Below, piece after piece: positions 1-8,368 of a stretch of DNA of 13,857 bases. Under the pieces are notes generated by a model. The model searched no databases, was not told the DNA's origin, and saw only the letters and a program-made list of their open reading frames with translations. Within the stretch, counting starts at the first letter, position 1. Each line of letters opens with the position of its first letter. A program made the position numbers and the translations under genes. The stretch is from Myxococcota bacterium (GTDB lineage: Bacteria; Myxococcota_A; UBA796; GCA-2862545), in the NCBI GenBank assembly GCA_039208735.1, contig JBCCQY010000201.1:1-13857 (forward strand), in the 5' to 3' direction.

Positions 1-237
1 ACCCGTTTCGATTCGTCGTTCGGGCTCTCCCCTCGGCAGTCGCGTCCACCTCGAACCGTTTACGCGCACAGGTGCTAGGGAGTAGCCGTAGAGCTGGTGA
101 ATTCTCTCTGTCCATCCACCGAGGAAAAATGACGGTCCGTGAAACGTTTGCGATGAGCTTCTTGCGGCCGTGAGGTTCGCGAGGAGGTCGTGGGCTGAAT
201 TTACGCCACGATCGGGCCCCTCATGGTTCTCTCCGGC

Positions 238-275
238 CTTAGCGACCGGATCTGTGCGATTTCTACCTGAGGCCC
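238..275 (-). mobile_element. 38-bp Tn3-family-like terminal inverted repeat (type A, copy 1; element interior to the left)
   Basis: Minus strand reads GGGCCTCAGGTAGAAATCGCACAGATCCGGTCGCTAAG. It is 38 nt, starts GGG and ends CGCTAAG like Tn21/Tn1721-type IRs. A second copy lies at 12906-12943. Confidence 0.7.
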
Positions 276-1156
276 GGGTAGGGCTTGAGCGTTGTCGACA
301 CCTCACCGAACTCGAGGATGCCCGACAAGGTGAAGGTGAACGGAACCGGGCTCGAACCTACAATGGCTTGGAGGGTTTCCCCCTCGGGAGTGAAGGTTAC
401 CGGCAGGGGTACGAAGTCCTCGTCGGCATTGAACAGTAGACGCTGGGAGTTGGGCACAATTGTGTCGGATAGAGTAGTCCCCGACTCTCCTTCGTTCCAC
501 CAAAGCGCACGTTCGGGGCCGGTCTCGTCGTTTTCACCAAAGACGCATCCGTCGGCAGGCTCGAGCCCCAGGTCCCGAACCGACCCAGAGAAGCCCATCG
601 CCAGGTCCGCAGGTGTGGTCAAGGCTCCCCGAACAGGGACGAGTTCACAGCTGTCAGGGTGATCGTCACCCGTCTCGAAGAGGAGGTCATCCGCGTGATG
701 AACCCCGCTGAATCCCGCCCTGGTCAGGGCGTCGGCGAGCGGTTCGAAGTCGGTCACGGTGAGCGTTGCGTACGCGTGAAACTCGGTGTGCTCGCCTGCG
801 TCGACGAGCTGAGGACTAGGTTCCAGCGTGACCGGAGGCGCGACGCCAGCGCCAAGTTGGAAGACAATATGTTCTCCGCCTTCGTCCTTGTCGCCATTTT
901 CCCGCGTGATGGTGATCGCTTGACAGTGTGTTGCGCGCACTTGAAGCTGTGCGAGGCCGTAGTCATCCAGGGCCAAGTCGTAACCCTCCGGAACGAGAGT
1001 GCGCACCAACCCTTCGTCCGCGGCATAGGCGCCGATAAATTCCGTGCAGGGCCCGAACTCGAGGATGCTGGACTCCGAGGGCGTGGTGTCCGAGCTGTCG
1101 GCGCAGGCCGCTGCGAGGAAAACCCAGAGGTAGGCAAGTGTCGATACAGATCGCAT
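263..1156 (-). CDS. Predicted lipoprotein, 297 aa; possible acetoacetate-decarboxylase-like fold; C-terminus supplied by a transposon IR
   Basis: Hydrophobic N-terminus with lipobox LAAAC and a Ser/Thr linker. YAADEGLVRTLVPEGY resembles the ADC-family N-terminal motif. GGAG SD upstream; 15 bp downstream of the SDR gene on the same strand. The stop codon lies inside the IR at 238-275. Confidence 0.75.
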   Translation of the reverse strand: MRSVSTLAYLWVFLAAACADSSDTTPSESSILEFGPCTEFIGAYAADEGLVRTLVPEGYDLALDDYGLAQLQVRATHCQAITITRENGDKDEGGEHIVFQLGAGVAPPVTLEPSPQLVDAGEHTEFHAYATLTVTDFEPLADALTRAGFSGVHHADDLLFETGDDHPDSCELVPVRGALTTPADLAMGFSGSVRDLGLEPADGCVFGENDETGPERALWWNEGESGTTLSDTIVPNSQRLLFNADEDFVPLPVTFTPEGETLQAIVGSSPVPFTFTLSGILEFGEVSTTLKPYPGLR

Positions 1157-1171
1157 GAGTCTCCATGGCCC

Positions 1172-1780
1172 CTAGGAAGGGGAGTGTTTGTCAACGAAGT
1201 GGGTTGCGCCCGTGGCGGACCCGTCCACCACAGCGAGGTAGGTTTCCGCTACAGCACGCGCCGGGGCGGCTCCATCCAGCGACCGGCCCTGGGCCACCGC
1301 CGTCTCAAGCACCATCGGAGGACTCACAACTCCAAGCCGCACCGTGTCGAGTTCTTGAGCCGCCGTCCGAACGAAGGTCTCGAGGGCCGCATTGACCAGC
1401 GCCACCGGAGCGGTGCCTGGGATGGCACGGTGGGCAAGAAGCCCTGAGGTCAGGACGATGGCACCTCCCGGAACCAGGTGAGGGGCTCCGAGCCGAACCA
1501 GCCGGATCTGTCCCATGAGCTTGCTGAACAGACCAAGCTCGTACGTGGCATCGGATGCGTCGAGGACTCGACCAAATCTGGCACGGCCTGCGGTGCAGAC
1601 CAAGGCGTTCACGAGGCCCAAGACCTGCAAACATCGTGCAACGGACTCGCCGTCTTCGAGATCCAAGGGTGGTGAGGTCCTTCGCGACAGACGAATGACC
1701 TCGTCCCCACGTTCTTCAAGTGCCCGAGCCACAGCGGCACCAATGGTCCCGCTTGCTCCTACGATGGCGATCCGCTTCAT
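1172..1780 (-). CDS. Short-chain dehydrogenase/reductase (atypical, PRK07578/Lin1944-like)
   Basis: Rossmann motif IVGASGTIG, plus SKLMGQ, LTSG, VNAALETFV and VVSP motifs. No canonical YxxxK. GAGG SD before ATG 1780 (alternative GTG 1783). Confidence 0.92.
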   Translation of the reverse strand: MKRIAIVGASGTIGAAVARALEERGDEVIRLSRRTSPPLDLEDGESVARCLQVLGLVNALVCTAGRARFGRVLDASDATYELGLFSKLMGQIRLVRLGAPHLVPGGAIVLTSGLLAHRAIPGTAPVALVNAALETFVRTAAQELDTVRLGVVSPPMVLETAVAQGRSLDGAAPARAVAETYLAVVDGSATGATHFVDKHSPS

Positions 1781-1852
1781 CACTTCCTCGTTGTGATGAG
1801 ACCGTAGGCAGTTGAAGACATCAGAGGAAGTGACAAAGGTCTGGATATCTCG

Positions 1853-1867
1853 ATAAGCAATTTTGAT
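1853..1867. promoter_or_regulatory. Candidate LysR T-N11-A binding site
   Basis: ATAAGCAATTTTGAT in the short divergent intergenic region, overlapping the LysR start; this is the usual LTTR autoregulatory position. Confidence 0.4.
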
Positions 1868-2765
1868 GGACCTTCGCGCGCTGGGTGTAACAGTTGATCA
1901 GCTCTCCGTTCTCGTTGACATCGTGGACGCTGGAGGCTTCACCGCAGCCGCTCGGGCAACCCAGCGCACTCAAGGCGGTGTCAGCTACCACGTGGCCCGG
2001 CTCGAGGAGGCGCTTGAGCTGGACCTCTTCGACCGGACAGGCCACCGACCCGTCTTGACCGAAGCCGGCCAAGCCATGACGGACCATGCCCGGCGGATCT
2101 TGGAGGCGCTAGGTCGTTTGTCGTCAACCGCCGACGTGCTGCGATCCGGGGTCGAGGCGCGGGTGGAGGTCTGTGCTGACGTGCTCTTCGCGCCTGCCTC
2201 CGTCGCAGACATGCTGACCGCGTTCGAGCAACGTTTTCCCCACATTCCGCTTCGGCTCACGAACGGCAGATGGCGAGAGCCCGTGGATGCGCTTCATGAA
2301 GGTCGTGCAGATCTAGTGATCGCACCCTCGATTGTGGGAGCGGACCTGCGCAGCGGAATCGTGGCTCAAGTCGCTTTGGTCCCCGTGGTCGCTTCCACTC
2401 ATCCACTGGCTCGTGTGGAAGGACCCATCCCCCTCGACGAGCTCCGAAGGTACCGGCGACTCGTCCTACGCACCAGCGCTGAGCTGCCTGGGGAAAGCAA
2501 CGACGCCGCGAGTTCGTCGTGGCAACTTGACGACACCGCGGCTCGTCGCGGACTTTTGCTGAGAGGGATGGGTTGGGCGCGCCTTGTCCGATGGCAAGTG
2601 GAAGACGATATCGAAGCCGGACGCCTGGTGATGCTCGACCTTGACATATGGCTCGGCCAGTCGAGGGTGGAGCTGTCCGCGATGGTCGACCCCTCTCGAG
2701 TGCTGGGCCCCGCCACCCAATGGCTCTACAGCCTCCTCACAACGCAGACGCCCACCCCACCTTGA
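1866..2765 (+). CDS. LysR-family transcriptional regulator
   Basis: N-terminal HTH (GGFTAAARATQRTQGGVSYHVARLEEALELDLFDRTGHRPVLTEAG), substrate-binding domain (GMGWARL...DIEAGRLV), ~300 aa, divergent from the SDR. Confidence 0.96.
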   Translation: MDLRALGVTVDQLSVLVDIVDAGGFTAAARATQRTQGGVSYHVARLEEALELDLFDRTGHRPVLTEAGQAMTDHARRILEALGRLSSTADVLRSGVEARVEVCADVLFAPASVADMLTAFEQRFPHIPLRLTNGRWREPVDALHEGRADLVIAPSIVGADLRSGIVAQVALVPVVASTHPLARVEGPIPLDELRRYRRLVLRTSAELPGESNDAASSSWQLDDTAARRGLLLRGMGWARLVRWQVEDDIEAGRLVMLDLDIWLGQSRVELSAMVDPSRVLGPATQWLYSLLTTQTPTPP

Positions 2766-2781
2766 ATTCCGAGGACAGCTT

Positions 2782-2820
2782 GGGGTACGACTGGCATTCG
2801 TGAAAAAACTGGGGTTCACG
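2782..2820 (+). mobile_element. GGGG-initiated transposon-end-like repeat (type B, copy 1)
   Basis: GGGGTACGACTGGCATTCGTGAAAAAACTGGGGTT matches 12675-12709 at 27/35. It sits at the junction between the LysR stop and the 5'-truncated FKBP. Confidence 0.55.
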
Positions 2821-2831
2821 GTGCGCCAGGC

Positions 2832-3195
2832 GAAGACGCTCGAAGTCGGTTCGGGTACACAGAAGCCCCTGCCGGACGCCTGCGTCAAAGTCCGATTCAC
2901 GGGTTGGAAGGCCAACGGTGACTTCCTTCAAAGCACCGAAAAGACGTCGTTTCGCCTCCCCCACCCAGGTGCTCTCTGGTCCGAGGGCCTGCAGCAGATG
3001 GTCGAGGGCGAGAAGGCGCGCACGTGGATTCCCACGGCACTGACCAAGCTTGCGGACATCCCCACGCAGCGCTTCGACGGCGACGTGGTCTTCGACTTTG
3101 AATTGCTCCGGGTTCACCAGCCCCTACTCGCACCAGCCAACGTCCGTCGTCCCGCTGAAGGCGATCCTGGGCGACGATGCGCACCTTGGACGTGA
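2832..3195 (+). pseudogene. FKBP-type peptidyl-prolyl isomerase fragment (no convincing start; similarity ends at about 3150)
   Basis: KTLEVGSG-VKVRFTGW-WSEGLQQMVEGEKARTWIP-VVFDFELL is an FKBP domain. It is followed by the linker-like PLLAPANVRRP and then unrelated sequence. Confidence 0.8.
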
Positions 3196-3583
3196 CGAAC
3201 CAGACGCACAGCCACGCTCCGCTGTCGGCGTGGACCTTCCTGGGCGGGTCGAAGAGCTTGGCCAAGACACCCAAGAGCTTCCATTCAGCCCGTTCGCCGG
3301 GCTCCAACTTTCGATCCCACAGCGCCTTTCCGGCGCGCCAGACCGCGAACACCCGGGCTTCGGACCACCCTCCGGTTGGCGACACCGCCGCCCTTAGGTG
3401 CTTCTCGAAGGACGGGAACTCGCCCCCGCGGACGCCCAGGGACAGCATCCGCAGTTGTTCGAGCGACAGCGGATGGACCTCGTCGAGGCCAATGTCCTCC
3501 TGGTGCAACCACAGCGAACCGCTCTCCTCGCCATAGGGGGTGGCGTGGCAGCGGATCTCGACATTGACGCAGACGTCGCCCAT
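2897..3583 (-). CDS. Hypothetical protein, probably 3'-truncated at about 3150 (reads on antisense to the FKBP fragment)
   Basis: GGAGG SD before ATG 3583. High third-position GC and protein-like composition from 3583 to ~3150; the tail beyond looks like shadow sequence. Confidence 0.5.
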   Translation of the reverse strand: MGDVCVNVEIRCHATPYGEESGSLWLHQEDIGLDEVHPLSLEQLRMLSLGVRGGEFPSFEKHLRAAVSPTGGWSEARVFAVWRAGKALWDRKLEPGERAEWKLLGVLAKLFDPPRKVHADSGAWLCVWFVTSKVRIVAQDRLQRDDGRWLVRVGAGEPGAIQSRRPRRRRSAAWGCPQAWSVPWESTCAPSRPRPSAAGPRTREHLGGGGETTSFRCFEGSHRWPSNP

Positions 3584-3763
3584 CAGGCCTCCCGAACATG
3601 GGAAGTGCTTTGCCGAGGGGAGATGGTCAAGCCCGGTGCTGTGAACCAGCGGCCGACAACGACAACCTGCACACGGCGCGGCGGTTTCGGGACACTTCGA
3701 CACCGTTCCGCGCTCCGTCCTTGACCACAGCACCCCAGGGGACCCGCATGACCGGATGGGGCT

Positions 3764-4072
3764 TCACCGCCTGCGAAGACTCAACCCGTGCTTCTTCGCA
3801 AGCTCCGCGAAGGCTTCACGGATCGGACGTCCTTCCTCACCAGCTTTGGCGCTCTGAATGGCCCCAACCAGATCCCATCCTTCGCGTTCAAGCCGCTCAT
3901 GATTCGCCTGAGCCAGCGCCATGAGTTGATCGAAGGTGTCAGGGGACAACACCACGAAGTCTCGTTCACCGTTGTGATCGACCACCAGTGGTTCTCCGGT
4001 GGCCCGGACCACCTCCACATGCTCGCGGAGGTCTCGTTGAAGGGTGTTGAAATCCGTGTTTCGCATACACAT
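3764..4072 (-). CDS. Type II antitoxin, Phd/YefM family
   Basis: LQRDLREHVEVVRATGEPLVVDHNGERDFVVLSPDTF is the Phd/YefM N-terminal signature. It starts 3 bp after the toxin stop. Confidence 0.88.
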   Translation of the reverse strand: MCMRNTDFNTLQRDLREHVEVVRATGEPLVVDHNGERDFVVLSPDTFDQLMALAQANHERLEREGWDLVGAIQSAKAGEEGRPIREAFAELAKKHGLSLRRR

Positions 4073-4075
4073 CTT

Positions 4076-4447
4076 CTATGGTGAGGGGTCGGATTCGGGA
4101 AGTCGAGCAGGGAGGAAGAGCTCGGGACGGTCTGCGCTGCGAGCCGATACCACCTGAAGGACAAGCACGCGTGCCTGGTCTTCGTCGACGTGAAAGCGGA
4201 CGTAGTACTCCCCCACGACCTTCTGGCGCACTTCGTAGTCAAGCTGCTCGAGCGCCTGTCGCACGTTCGGAGGAAATCGCCTCGGATTGAGCGGTGCCGA
4301 AGCGAATGGCAAGGTCTCCAGACCTGCGATGGCCTCCATCATCTCATCGAGCCAAGCCTGTCCGCGGGCTGGGTTGTCGAACCACGCGATGCCCGCATCC
4401 AGGTTCTCCTGTGCAAGCGGATGCAGATGGACCGTGAAGAATTTCAC
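4076..4447 (-). CDS. Type II toxin, RelE/ParE family
   Basis: FTVHLHPLAQENLDAGIAWF...AIAGLETLP...VRQKVVGEYYVRFHVDE...VLVLQV pattern; GGAGG SD 6 nt before the GTG. Confidence 0.88.
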   Translation of the reverse strand: MKFFTVHLHPLAQENLDAGIAWFDNPARGQAWLDEMMEAIAGLETLPFASAPLNPRRFPPNVRQALEQLDYEVRQKVVGEYYVRFHVDEDQARVLVLQVVSARSADRPELFLPARLPESDPSP

Positions 4448-4526
4448 GAAGCACCTCCAGTGCTCGGCTGGCGAGACGACTCGGCGTCGGCTCGGGTCCG
4501 TCGTGCCGGCAGAACCTCGGCGCGCG

Positions 4527-5144
4527 TCATTCGCCGTCTCCCTTGGGTGACCTGGCCTTTGCGAGTAGGGCGACCGCGGGGGGCTTCAGGCGGCCCTTTC
4601 CATCTAGGTAGTTGTACAGCGTACTGGTGGACACGCCGAGGGTCTCGGCGATGTCGGACGCGGCGAGGTTGCGGTTGCTGAGCAGGGTCTGAGCCTGCCG
4701 CAGCCGTTCGACCGTCATCTTCGGCGGACGGCCGCCCAGGCGGCCACGGGCACGGGCCGCTTCGAGGCCTGCCCGGGTCCGCTCGACGATGAGCTCGCGC
4801 TCGAACTCGGCGAGGGCTGCGAAGAGGTGGAAGACGAGTCGTCCCTGCGAGGACGTCGTGTCGATCTCCCCCGACAGGACCCGCAGCCCGACGTCACGCT
4901 CCGCGAGCTCCGTCACGAGACTCACGAGGTGCTTCAGCGAACGACCGATCCGGTCCAGCTTGGTGATCACGAGGATGTCACCGGCCCGTGCGGTCTCGAG
5001 AGCTTGGGTCAAGCCCGGGCGTTCGGCACGAACTCCCGACACGCGATCTTCGAAGACCCTCTCGCACCCTGCGTCCTGGAGCGCATCGAGCTGAGCGTCC
5101 AGGGACTGACCTCCCGTGGACACCCTCGCATAGCCAAGGATCAT
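4527..5144 (-). CDS. tnpR: Serine recombinase (resolvase/invertase, TnpR/Pin family), 205 aa
   Basis: GYARVST catalytic motif, GDILVITKLDRIGRS, AEFERELIVERTRAGLEAARARGRLGGRP and a C-terminal HTH (IAETLGVSTSTLY). GGAGG SD 6 nt before ATG 5144. Confidence 0.95.
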   Translation of the reverse strand: MILGYARVSTGGQSLDAQLDALQDAGCERVFEDRVSGVRAERPGLTQALETARAGDILVITKLDRIGRSLKHLVSLVTELAERDVGLRVLSGEIDTTSSQGRLVFHLFAALAEFERELIVERTRAGLEAARARGRLGGRPPKMTVERLRQAQTLLSNRNLAASDIAETLGVSTSTLYNYLDGKGRLKPPAVALLAKARSPKGDGE

Positions 5145-5207
5145 CGAACTCCTCCAGTCCGAAGCGTTGCGAGTCGATCTCGGGTCTGAACATCTGCCCT
5201 CCCGATC

Positions 5208-5343
5208 TGGCCAGAAAGATAGCGCGACAGGCATTGATCGCCATAGTTTTATGGATGGATTTCTGGACAAAGAAGGTGGGGTTCGACCGTTCCGGGGATC
5301 GCCGATTCCGTCGAGTCCGGAAAACCATCGTTTTTTAGATGAC
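5208..5343. promoter_or_regulatory. Putative res site / resolvase promoter
   Basis: AT-richer tract upstream of the resolvase. It contains the dyad GTCCGGAAAAC-CATC-GTTTTTTAGATGAC (5315-5343, site I-like) and inverted CCAGAAA...TTTCTGG (5211-5266, sites II/III-like). Confidence 0.6.
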
Positions 5344-5483
5344 GCCGATCTGTGTCGCAGATGGTCAGCTGACCGGTCCACAGCACCAAGTCCTGCTGCT
5401 GCACGACGTCTCCGGGGGAGCAGGCACGTGGTTCACAGGCGAAGACGGCGTGCGAGATGCGACGAGCGGTATGCTTTGTGCCG

Positions 5484-7531
5484 ATGAAGCCCTTCAACCC
5501 CGACGCTGAGCCCGCGCTCGCCCGCGCCCAGGAACGCATCGAGGCCGAGAAACGACAGCGAACCGGCATCCTCGACCTCGGCAACCTTGGGCTCGTGGAG
5601 CTGCCGGCCGCGCTCTTTGCTCAGGCTGGCGGTGAGGTGGACCACTCGAACCACTCGTTGCGGCACCTCCGAGTGCTGAACCTCGGCATCGGGTACCCGG
5701 ACCCCGCGGTCGAGGGGGACGAGCGTCTCTGGAGACCCGGCGAGCGCCTCGATGGGATTCGAACGTCGCACGGACAGGGACCCCCGAACCGTCTGGCTGC
5801 GCTGCCGGACGACGCGGCCCTCTGGGCGTGCTTCCCGAACCTCGAGGTGCTGTCGGTTCGAAGGCCTTCGGCGGGCGCCTCGCCGTGCTTTCCGCCAGCG
5901 CCAAGACGAACGAGCTGGGTGTCCTACGACGGGAGCTGCTCGACGCCCTTCGGTTCGCCCGGAAACGGGAGGGGTCGGTCATGGGGGCGGCCCGGGCTCA
6001 CGTCATCACACAGCTCCGGGCCCTCCGGACCGCCGACCAGGACCGCAAACCGGCGGACCGGGCGCACCGCACGCTGTCGCTCGGGACCTTCGAAGACCTG
6101 TGTGACAAGGCTCGGACCGCCACTGGGGCACCCCTTTCGAATCCTGAGGCGTTCCTCGAGACCCTCCACCATGCGGGGCTGGTGTACCGTCGCGAGGGCA
6201 CGTTCGATGGGCAACTCGTGCTCGACCAGACGTGGGCGCTCGATGCCATCTATGCCGTGTTCGACCGCACCTCGCAGTGTGCGCAGGCCATCGTCGCGTC
6301 GGAGGGGCGCTTCACCCCACGGTTGCTCGCGAAGACGGTGTGGCGCGACACGCACTACACCAAGGCAGACCGGACCGCCTTCTTGAGGATGATGGTCGAT
6401 AGCCGGGTGTGCTTCCGGCTGGACGGTGACTCGACCCGGCGCGTCCTCGAAGCGACCTCGGACCGCGAGGTCCCTTCGACCTCGGACCCCGAGACGGCGC
6501 GGTACCTCGCCCCCGAACTCCTTCCGCCCTTCGAGACCTCGAGCGTCGTTCTTCGGGGGCTCTGGGACGAGGCAGTCACGACCGAGGTTCGGGTGCTGTC
6601 CCTTGCGTTCTTCGGCCCTCATCTTGGTCGGCTCGTGCTGTCTCGCCTCGGGCAAGAGGTTCAAGACCACGGCCACTACTGGAAGTTCGGGCTCTTCTTC
6701 TTCGACGCCCGCACCCAGAGCCAGGCGCTCGTGAAGTGCCTGGCGCATTCCGATGAACCGGGGGACCATGGCGGACGCATCGAGGTTCGCGCCCAGCTCG
6801 GCCGGGCAGGCGAGCTGGCCGACCAGGTGCTCGCCATTCTTGAGGACGCCCTCGAGCGGGCCGGTGAAGTGGGGTGGTGCCGTGAGGATGCGCCCCCCAC
6901 GCCCCATCGAGCCCGCGACCGGATTCTCGACGACGACGCCCGCCCTCCCCCGCTGACGCCTGGGCGTGCCCCCAACGACCCCGTGCGCGTCTACCTCTCT
7001 TACCGGCACACGCCGCGGAGCCGCGCCGTCGCCGAGAGCGTCGAGGCGGCGCTGGCGACGATGCCCCACGTCGAGGTTCACCGGGACGTGCGGGACCTGC
7101 GACCCGGCGATGACCTCCGACGCTATGCGGTGGACATCGCCCGTGCCGACTACGTCGTGGCCGTCGTGAGCCGGCGCTACTTCGACTCGGAGCATTGCAT
7201 GCGCGAGCTGCTGTTCTTCGAGCGTGATGGCTGTGCCGACGAGCCCGAGGCCTTCCGACGCAAACTCATCCCGGTCGTGGTGGAGCCTTGTCCCGAGCAC
7301 GACGAGGGCATCGACCCGACGGACGGCACCCTGGTCACGGCCATCCGCGAGCTGTGGGCAGCACAGTTGGCCGTCCAAGCGCCGGAGTCGCTCGCCGAGG
7401 AGGAGTTCGGAGCCATCAAGCGTCGGGTGGGGCCTTGGCTCGACCGCATTGGTCGGACGGTCACCATCCGCGACACAGCCGAGGAGGAAGGGGCGGGCTG
7501 GCCCGAGGTCCGCGCGTGGGTCGCCCGATGA
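5484..7531 (+). pseudogene. Roco-type LRR-(Roc)-COR-TIR gene with an internal deletion and frameshift near 5860
   Basis: The first frame has a Roco-like cap and LRRs (AQERIEAE...LDLGNLGLVELP...LRHLRVLNLG...FPNLEVLSV). The second frame has SAK (G5-like), COR (FLETLHHAGLV...VLDQTWALDAIYAVF...YLAPELLP) and TIR (VYLSY...VVAVVSRRYFDSEHCMREL). No P-loop in either frame. Confidence 0.82.
5981..7531 (+). CDS. Possible independently translated COR-TIR protein (516 aa)
   Basis: In-frame ATG 5981 with GGAGG 8 nt upstream; uninterrupted COR and TIR domains with the TIR Glu (CMRE) retained. Confidence 0.5.
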   Translation: MGAARAHVITQLRALRTADQDRKPADRAHRTLSLGTFEDLCDKARTATGAPLSNPEAFLETLHHAGLVYRREGTFDGQLVLDQTWALDAIYAVFDRTSQCAQAIVASEGRFTPRLLAKTVWRDTHYTKADRTAFLRMMVDSRVCFRLDGDSTRRVLEATSDREVPSTSDPETARYLAPELLPPFETSSVVLRGLWDEAVTTEVRVLSLAFFGPHLGRLVLSRLGQEVQDHGHYWKFGLFFFDARTQSQALVKCLAHSDEPGDHGGRIEVRAQLGRAGELADQVLAILEDALERAGEVGWCREDAPPTPHRARDRILDDDARPPPLTPGRAPNDPVRVYLSYRHTPRSRAVAESVEAALATMPHVEVHRDVRDLRPGDDLRRYAVDIARADYVVAVVSRRYFDSEHCMRELLFFERDGCADEPEAFRRKLIPVVVEPCPEHDEGIDPTDGTLVTAIRELWAAQLAVQAPESLAEEEFGAIKRRVGPWLDRIGRTVTIRDTAEEEGAGWPEVRAWVAR

Positions 7532-7606
7532 TCCCTCGGCTTCACGAGCATGGGACCTTCGACAAGCGCGCCAACGGGTTCCGGCAACCCATCACCCCAA
7601 CTTGTT

Positions 7607-7870
7607 GGCCCCGAAGAAACAACAGCGCAATGAGGGGCCGCAACGGCCTATTGTTAGGGATTCAATAGGCTAATTGAGCCATGCTTCGGGGTTGGCACCG
7701 CGGACCGTAGAACGCTCCAAATCGACGTGCAGCGAACGTCTCTTTGCCCGTGCTAGCCGCGCCTTCGGAGAACAACCAGCCACCTCGGAAGAATGACGCG
7801 GCTGATGGGTATTTGGACCTAAACTCTCGGCGAGAATGGCCCCTCATTGCGCCGCTGTTCCTTCCGGGCC
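7607..7870. mobile_element. 264-bp MITE-like element bounded by 33-bp inverted repeats (type D)
   Basis: 7607-7639 GGCCCCGAAGAAACAACAGCGCAATGAGGGGCC matches the reverse complement of 7838-7870 at 29/33. No target duplication seen. Confidence 0.55.
7646..7670. terminator. Hairpin between convergent genes
   Basis: GCCTATTG-N9-CAATAGGC, an 8-bp perfect stem; no strong U-tract. Confidence 0.35.
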
Positions 7871-8337
7871 TACTTCGAGCACTCTTCGACGCGAACCGCC
7901 TGGCGGTTGGATGGACACAACGCCCGTGGCCTCACGTCGCCGGGATGACCTTCAGCACCGTTGTCGACGCAGCACGCGAATTCGCAATTTATCAGCCCCG
8001 AAGGAGTGACGTTCTTCTCCGGCAGAAAGGCGAGGCACTCGCTTCGTGTGGTGATTTTGACACTTTCAGGGCCTTCTTCAGAGACGAAGACGCAACAGAC
8101 GGCGTCCTCACCACAATTGTCCTGGCTAAGACAACGGAACGCATCATCGCACACGTCCTGCTCGGTTTCCCATCTGCCTTTGCAGTCACGACGTTCGCTG
8201 CTGGCGCTGGTGAACCCATCGTTGTCGATACAACATCCGGGTGCAGCATCCACCAAGCCCTGAACAAGCCCTCCGCAGTTTAGCGTAAGGACCGTGACGA
8301 GGGCGAGAGCCGCCAGAAGGTACGATGTTGCGGGCAT
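7870..8337 (-). CDS. Cys-rich secreted protein/lipoprotein, 155 aa, with three CC-containing repeats
   Basis: GGAG SD 6 nt before ATG 8337; hydrophobic signal ending LTLNC; 15 Cys; repeats GCCIDN..RRDC, VCCVFV..RSEC, ACCVDN..RALC. Confidence 0.75.
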   Translation of the reverse strand: MPATSYLLAALALVTVLTLNCGGLVQGLVDAAPGCCIDNDGFTSASSERRDCKGRWETEQDVCDDAFRCLSQDNCGEDAVCCVFVSEEGPESVKITTRSECLAFLPEKNVTPSGLINCEFACCVDNGAEGHPGDVRPRALCPSNRQAVRVEECSK

Positions 8338-8368
8338 CAGAGTCTCCAAAGTGGATTAGCGACCTAGT

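Noticed and set aside
5145..5381. N-terminal 79-aa extension of the resolvase in the ORF track
   Set aside because: Family homology and the SD place the start at 5144; the extension runs through the res-like region.
5924..7378. 484-aa minus-strand ORF and other long overlapping ORFs (659-1447, 7744-8283, 12171-12938, 13392-13793)
   Set aside because: Antisense or shadow frames of better-supported genes in GC-rich DNA, or frames running across repeat junctions.
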